Assembly (NCBI RefSeq): GCF_009914755.1
Contig: NC_060932.1
DNA: 64,000 bases
Direction: 5' to 3' (one strand)
From: the human T2T-CHM13v2.0 reference genome, Homo sapiens
Below, piece after piece: positions 56,713 to 64,000 of this stretch. How positions within the stretch are numbered: position 1 is the stretch's first letter; each line of letters opens with the position of its first letter. A program made the position numbers and the translations under genes. The notes under the pieces were generated by a model. The model was not told the origin of the DNA, did no database searches, and saw only the letters and a program-made list of their open reading frames with translations.

Positions 56713-57175
56713 ATGTATGTTTATTGCAACACTATTCACAATAGCAAAGACTTGGAATCAACCCAAATGTCCATCAGTGATAGACTGGATTAAGAAAATG
56801 TGGCACATATACACCATGGAATACTATGCAGCCATAAAGAAGGATAAGTTCATATCCTTTGTAGGGACATGGATGAAGCTGGAAACCATCATTCTGAGCA
56901 AACTGTTGCAAGGACAGAAAAGCAAACACCGCATGTTCTCACTCATAGGTGGGAATTGAACAATGAGAACACTTGTACACAGGGCGGGGAACATCACACA
57001 CTGGGGCCTGTCATGGAGTTGGGGGAGCAGGGAGGGATAGCCTTAAGAGAAATACCTAATGTAAATGATGAATTAATGGGTGCAGCACACCAACATGGCA
57101 CATGTATACATATATAACAAACCTGCATGTTGTGCACATGTACCCTAGAACTTAAAGTATAATAATAAAAAAAAA
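56713..57175 (+). mobile_element. L1PA (PA5-like) 3' end
   Basis: 16-bp TSD GAAATATCTGGGTGTG (56697-56712, 57176-57191). Confidence 0.95.
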
Positions 57176-57319
57176 GAAATATCTGGGTGTGGGTCTTTTC
57201 TCATTAATCTTTTTTATTATGTGATGAGCTGTTGTCATCTATATGCTTTGTATTGCAGATGTTTTTCCTCCATGGTTTTTTATACCTGTTGGCAGGATGG
57301 CTAGAGTTCCTTTTGATAG

Positions 57320-57627
<308 letters not shown>

Positions 57628-58045
57628 TCTTCTGATACCTCTAATTCTCACCTTTAGCAACTAGTTTCTGGAAGCTCGTGTGCTAGGATTATAGATACCT
57701 AGTTACATCTCCTTGTTTGGACAGAAAATTTCACCTCAGAGAGTCAGGCCTGTGTCCCTCATCAGGATAGGGTCAGATGCCTGGGCAGGGAAGGAAACTG
57801 GGGAAAATCGGTGGAAATCTTTAGCCTTGAGTCCTCTATAAATTACTATCTAACCTTCCTCTACTCAGCAGATAATAGACAGTGATGGCAGGGACAACTT
57901 GGTCTCTGTGTAGAAATGGGCAGGGCATAAACAGGGAAAATGGCACTAGTTTCCTGGGTAGAGGCTGATCAAGAAGCAGGGAAGGATTTGAAATGTCTAG
58001 TTCAAAGGAATCACTATAGAGCCAAAATAAAATCCAAAGAAAAAG

Positions 58046-58358
58046 GGCTGGGCACGGTGGCTCACACCTATAATCCCAGCACTTGGGGAGGCTAAGGAGG
58101 GCAGATTACCTGAGCTCAGGAGTTTGAGATCAGCCTGGCCAACCACGGCCAACATGGTGAAACCCCGTCTCTACTAAAAATATAAAAATTAGCTGGGTCT
58201 GGTGGCAGGTGCCTGTAATCTTGGGAGGCTGAGGTAGGAGAATTGCTTGAACCTGGGAGGTGGAGGTTACAGTAAGCCAAGGTCGTGCTACTACACTCTA
58301 GCGTAGATGACAGAAGGAGACTTCATCTGAAATGAACAAACAAACAAAAAACAAAGAA
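58046..58358 (+). mobile_element. AluS with a small duplication and a small deletion
   Basis: GGCCAACCACGGCCAACATGG; TGTAATC|TTGGGAGG. Confidence 0.92.
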
Positions 58359-58431
58359 AATGTTTTGCATATACAAGGGGAGTGATCAGGATTGAAAGGC
58401 AGAGCCCACCCAGATCCTGTTCTAAAAGTAT

Positions 58432-58615
58432 GCCTGGCTAATAGAACCTCAGGTGACGATGGACATGTTCTGTATCTGTGCTGTTCAATGTGGCCTCCAC
58501 TAGCCACTGTGGCTATCTAGTACTGAGGAACTAGACTTTTAATTTTACTCAATTTTAATCACTTTAAATTAAAATTTTAAATGCCACAAGTGACTAGTGG
58601 GTACTGACAGTGAAG
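58432..58615. mobile_element. MER3 (hAT-Charlie)
   Basis: GATGGACATGTTCTGTATCTGTGCTGTTCAAT...CACTAGCCAC...ACTGAGGAACT. Confidence 0.8.
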
Positions 58616-58845
58616 CTCTAGAGTGGCTTTCTCTGAAGAGGAGGGGGGCCATGGAAGCTGCAGGGTTGACTCTGAGACCATTAGCTTCCTAGACAGTGAA
58701 AGCTACTCTCATAGTTGGCAACAGGTTGACAATCAGCCTCATTATTTGATATTGTAAGTTTTATCTTTTTCTGTGTCTTTTTAGGCATTTTGATGGAAAT
58801 TTGGAAGTAACTAAGTGAAGGAATGTTAAACACCATTTGAGAAGA

Positions 58846-59411
58846 TGTGATGATTAATTTTAGGGGACAACTTGACTGGGTTGAGGGATGCCTTGATGGC
58901 TGGTGAAGCATCGTTTCTGGGTTATGTCTGCTTTCAGACAGTGCTTTCAGGGGAGATTGCTGTGAGTCAGTGGACTGAGAAAGGATTTCCAGCTCTCAAT
59001 GTGGGGGTACTACCCAATTAGCTGGGAGCCCTGGTTGGGACAAACATGGGGAAGAATGGGGATATGCACTCTCTGCTCTTGCCCTCTCCCTTCCCTGCTT
59101 TTTTTCCTCCTGCCCTTGGACATCAGACTCTAGGTTCTTCAGCTTTTGGACTCTGGGACTTGCACTTGCAGTCTCCCAGGGGCTCTTGAGCCTTCAGGCA
59201 TAGACTGAGGGCTTCGTCTTTGGCTTCTCTGTTCCTGAGGCTTCCAGAGTTGGACCAAGCCTTGCTACTGGCTTCTTCTGTTTTCTAGCTTGCTGGCAGC
59301 CTATGGTGATACTTCTCTACCTCTGTGTTTGTGTGAGCCAATTCCCTGATAACCCACCCTCATACATATCTTGTTGGTTTTGTCTCTCTGAAGAACCCTG
59401 ACTAACTCACA
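58846..59411 (+). mobile_element. MLT2 (B-like) ERV-L solo LTR
   Basis: TGTGATGATTAATTTTAG...CAACTTGACTGG...GAAGAACCCTGACTAA; flanks GAAGA/GCAGA. Confidence 0.9.
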
Positions 59412-59709
59412 GCAGATGTCTAGCATACTCTTTCCCCATCCTTTTCTTCCTTCTTTCTATAAGTTTGTAAACAATGGAACATATCTTTCAGAAAACTTTT
59501 ATAATCATGCATCTTTCCATTTTGGCCCCCTTTGGGAGTTCAATTATATTATGTCTAGGAAAATGGGTGTTGAGTTTGTTATAGCAGGTGAATAGGGGAG
59601 TGCATAGAGAAGAAATACTTTCAAATTTTCAGTCCAGAGACTGTCTTCTTAGCCATTTTACAGTATTATCTTCTTCCTTAAGGGTATTTTAAAATGAAAG
59701 AATATTTGA

Positions 59710-60780
59710 GGGATCTAATTAAACTGAAGAGCTTCTGCACAGCAAAAGAAACTATCATCAGAGTTAACAGGCAACGTACAGAATGGGAGAAAATTTTTGC
59801 AGTCTATCTATCTGACAAAGGGCTAATGTCCAGAATCTACAAGGAACTTAAATTTGCAAGAAAAAAACAACCCCATTAAAAAGTGGGTGAAGGATATGAA
59901 CAGACACTTTTTTTTATTATACTTTAAGTTCTAGGGTACATGTGCACAACATGCAGAAAAGAAGACATTTATATGGCCAACAAACATATGAGAAAAAGCT
60001 GATCATCACAGATCGTTAGAGAAATGCAAATCAAAACCACAATGAGATACCATCTCACGCCAGTTAGAATGGTGATCATTAAAAAGTCAGGAAACAGCAG
60101 ATGCTGGAGAGGATGTGGAGAAATAGGAATGCTTTCACAGTGTTGGTGGGAGTGTAAATTAGTTCAACCATTGTGGAAGACAGTGTGGCAATTCCTCAAG
60201 GATCTAGAACCAGAAATACCATTTGACCCAGCAATCCCATTATGGGATATATACCCAAAAGATTATAAATCATTCTACTATAAAGACACATGCACATGTA
60301 TGTTTATTGCAGCACTGTGTACAATAGCAAAGACTTGGAACCAATCCAAATGTCCAAATACTCAATGATAGTCTGGATAAAGAAAATGTGGCACATATAC
60401 ACCATGGAATACTATGCAGCCATAAAAAGAATGAGTTCATGTCCATTGCAGGAACATGGATGAAGCTGGATACCATCATTCTCAGCAAACTAACACAGGA
60501 ACAGAAAACCAAACACCGCATGTTCTCACTCATAGGTGGGAGTTGAACAGTGAGAACACATGGACACAGGGAGGGGAACATCACACATCGGGGCCTGTTG
60601 GGGGGTTAGGAGCCAGGGGAGGGAGAGCATTAGGACAAATACCTATTTCATGCAGGGCTTAAAACCAAATGACGGGTTGATGGGTGCAGCGGAACACCAT
60701 GGCACATGTATACCTATGTAACAAACCTGCATGTTTTGCACATGTATCCTAGAACTTAAGTAAAATAAATAAATAAATAA
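59710..60780 (+). mobile_element. L1PA (PA7/8-like), 5'-truncated
   Basis: ORF 60024-60368 is the ORF2 C-terminus; degenerate TSD AATA(T/C)TTGA. Confidence 0.93.
59908..59956 (-). mobile_element. Ultra-short antisense L1PA 3' tip inside the L1
   Basis: T-run followed by ATTATACTTTAAGTTCTAGGGTACATGTGCACAACATGCAG. Confidence 0.9.
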
Positions 60781-61264
60781 TACTTGATTTATGTTTTCCA
60801 TGATGGGAATGAGTTTTTAGGGAAGTCACCTTGTAACACATTTATCAACTAGTTGGTTAATTGATTAATTAGGTAATCAATAAACATGATTAACTTCTGT
60901 TCTATGGAGGTCTCTGTGCTACTTACTCTGCAAGAGAAAAAGGGGATAAAGTGATAGAGACTGAGGATAAGTTTTTTTTGATTTTTTGATTAAAGTGAAG
61001 GTCCAAGAGAGATAAAAATTAAATAACACTGTGTTAAGCATAATGATGTTATGGAAAAGAATGCAAGTGGATGAAATTTGGACAGCCCTAGGAAATCTGG
61101 GGCATATGGTTGTTATGTGCATTGAAACAATTCTTAAAGAACTTGATGCACCAGCTGATGAAATAAAAATGATGCACAAAAAAGTAGGTGGCCTATCCAA
61201 GGAGAAATGCTGAGCACTAGCAGATTAAACTGATTTACTTTTTATTTTAAAAACTGTTAGTTTT

Positions 61265-61572
61265 GGCCGGGTGCAGTGGCTCACACCTGTAATCCCAGTA
61301 CTTTGGGAGGCTGAGGTGGGTGAATCACTAGAGGTCAGGAATTTGAGACCAGCCTGGCCAACATGGTGAAACCCCGTCTCTAGTAAAAATACAAAAATTA
61401 GCCGGGTGTGGTGGCGGGCACCTCTAATCGCAGCTGCCTGGGAGGCTGAGGCACGAGAATCACTTGACTCCTGGTGGCAGATGTTGCAGTGAGCCGAGAT
61501 TGTACCACTAGGACTGGCCACTGTACTCCAGCCTGGGCGATACAGTGAGACTCAGTCTCAAAATAAAAAAAG
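61265..61572 (+). mobile_element. AluS (Sx/Sz-like)
   Basis: TSD AAAA(C/T)TGTTAGTTT; ~12-nt insertion at CCACT. Confidence 0.94.
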
Positions 61573-63369
61573 GAAAAATTGTTAGTTTCATGTTATTTTT
61601 TAGACCAACTTTATCTAAACAAATAACTTTAAAAAACTTATTTGGTATCCCTTCACCTTCTCTTCCTTATAATTATCTCACATTTGTACCGTTAATGTTT
61701 TCTTAATGAAAAGATCTAGAGTAAATCAAAATGAATGCTATGTTGAATTCTTTCATTTCACACAAACATATTGTATCCACTACATGCCAGCCCCTGGGCC
61801 AGGTCCTGGTTGGGGGAAGAGATGCCCTTCAATTGGCCAATACTGCAAAAACTGAGAATGGATTTATACTTAATAAAAGTGGTTTCTGCTGCAGAGAAAA
61901 AAGAAAGTGTGAGTGAGAAATGAGAAGGACTAGTTGTCACAATAAGACTAATGTATTATTCTGAAGTGCAATTGGAAAGTTTCCGTGTCATTTAAGTTCT
62001 TAAAGACCTTTATTTTGTCTGCTTTTGCCTTGGTAAGCCTTAGTGTCAAAGTGAAGCAATTTTATGTTTTGAGAAAGGAGTGAATGGAGGGGAAGGAGAT
62101 GCTTCAAGGTCAATCACACCAATTCTGCTTCCCCAACCTCCGTGGTAAGCGCTGTCAATTATTAAATGTTTGAAAAGGTTTGCTCTGACTGTAGCTTTCT
62201 CAGTGTTGCTAGTCAGTGGTGCTTCTAAAGCTCTTGAGAAACAATATGATGCAATATGATGTTTTGTTTTGTTTTGTTTTGTTTTTTTTCCTGAAAAGGG
62301 GGAACTAATAATCTTGTTAACTAATACATTTTTTTTGGCCATTATTGATTTGTCAAAGGATCCGTGTGTCTGCTCTTCAGCATCCCCTAGGGAGAGTCCA
62401 CGTTATTTCTAAGAAGACAGGAGAGAAGGAGGGAGAAAAAAACGTGCAGATCAAAAGGCCTCAGAAAAAAACAAAGTGGGATGAAATGCTGGGCTTTATT
62501 CTGTACAACCTAAGCATTTTCTATCTTTGATGAGTCAAGGTATCCTTATTTTTTTATTCTTGTGGTTAGTGATGGTGGAGAGAGGAATACAAATGGCTGG
62601 CTTGTTTCTACAGAAAGAGGAGTATAGTTCAAAGTGGATTAAGGTGGGCAGTTTAGGGTCAACATGTGACAGGACTGGTCGATGCTAGGGTGGGCAGTGG
62701 TTGGAGGATGACCCCTAATGCATCAAAGACTGAGAAAGATTTCAAAACATGAATTAATTGCAAAGGTTCTTGAAGGCAAGTTGAGATTTGGATTTTATTC
62801 TCAGTCCTAGCTTTAATTTTGCAAGCCTGGTCTAAGTCACAGTAACCTGTCATGTGTGTGCTGTATTAGACTATGAAACAGAGTTTGTGAACGTGTCACT
62901 ACATTTTCCTGTTACACTTGATTTTTCCTTCTGGCTTTTACTGATCTCACTCCAAGTCTTCTTCTCTCCAAAACGATGGTGGGCTGTTCTTTCCTCTCGA
63001 GTGGCCACTGATGTAACCACTCAGGGGTGGCCCAACCATAGGCTAAACAGTGAACTATGGCAGGCTTTCAGATGGAGGAATCTTCCCAGAGATGATAATT
63101 GTTGGCTGAGACAAATGGGCTTAATCTCTCACAAATTTGAACTAATACATCCACAGGGACATTGTTAATTGATGATGGTTGCTGAAGCTAAAACGTGTAG
63201 TAGTCCTGGTTGATGTGGTCTTTCCATGAGCTGGTTGTTTGCAACCAAATGAACCTGAGCAATAGAAAGACCTAGTAAAAATTTATTTAATTTCTTATCC
63301 TTTGGTTCCTACATTAGTCAATGAAATTTGTATACTCACTTGTTTCCCTTTATGAACATTTTACTAGAA

Positions 63370-63835
63370 CAGCATTTCTCAATGTTTTTAATCTCGAGAA
63401 CTCTTTATACTCTTAAAAATGGAAGGTCTGAAAGACCTTTTGTTTATATGCATTATATCCATCAATATTTACTATATTAAAGTTAAAACTGATAATTAAA
63501 AATATTTTCTTATTTATTTAAAAATAAAAAACTCATTATATGGTAATATAAAAATATGTTCTTTAAGCAAAGAAAATCCTATCTAGCAAAACAATACTGA
63601 ATAGGGTAGGCATTGCTTTATTTTTGCAAATATTTTAAGTGTCTGAACTGATAAAAGACAGCAGGATTCTCAAATGCATATTTAGTCTGTTGCAATATGT
63701 CCTATTGATTGAAGTTTATGAAGAAAATTCAGGCTAACACAGGCTAAAGGGAGAAAAAAAGGAGAATTTTAATAGACTTTTCAGATAGTTGTGGATATTT
63801 TCCTTTATTATACCTAAATTTGACAAGTTATAGTT
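63370..63835. mobile_element. Charlie1-family hAT fragment
   Basis: CAGCATTTCTCAA...TACTCTTAAAAAT...CTTTTGTTTATATG...ATATTTACTATATTA. Confidence 0.7.
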
Positions 63836-64000
63836 TCTTTTTTTTTTCTTTTGAGACGGAGTCTTGCTGTCGCCCAGGCTGGAGTGCAGTGGCGTGATCT
63901 TGACTCACTGCAAGCTCTGCCTGCTGAGTTCACGCCATTCTCCTGCCTCAGGCAACCGCCACCACACCTGGCTAGTTTTTTTGTATTTTTAGTACAGACG
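63834..64000 (-). mobile_element. AluY-like, cut by the window edge, with a small internal deletion
   Basis: GCAAGCTCTGCC and TTCACGCCATTC diagnostics; CCTCA|GGCA junction. Confidence 0.9.

Noticed and set aside
58846-59411. MLT2 as the LTR of the ERV-L relic at 2300-5140
   Set aside because: About 54 kb away, in the opposite orientation, and has its own TSD-like flanks (solo LTR).
62854-63168. 104-aa ORF in unique DNA
   Set aside because: Non-ATG start, no recognisable domain, and length within chance expectation.

Overview
Primate (human-like) genomic DNA, not prokaryotic. The window is repeat-dense and looks intronic or intergenic: about 20 Alu/FLAM copies, L1 fragments from old L1M to young L1PA3/4-like, L2, MIR, MaLR/ERVL/ERV1 LTRs, hAT MITEs, a near full-length Hsmar2 mariner and a split ERV-L pro-pol relic. 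I can support no host protein-coding gene, RNA gene or CRISPR array. The supplied ORFs are TE-derived or chance. I found no new biological system. The best signals are local DNA-repair and retrotransposition scars: a ~385-bp templated duplication at a complex junction (17976/20287), a 65-bp-arm fold-back palindrome (34458-34603), two twin-primed L1s (one with a micro 3' transduction), and a 43-nt antisense L1 tip identical to a neighbouring L1. There are also a few candidate non-coding exons and one candidate enhancer. Repeat subfamily names come from recalled consensus sequences, and boundaries of old repeats are approximate.
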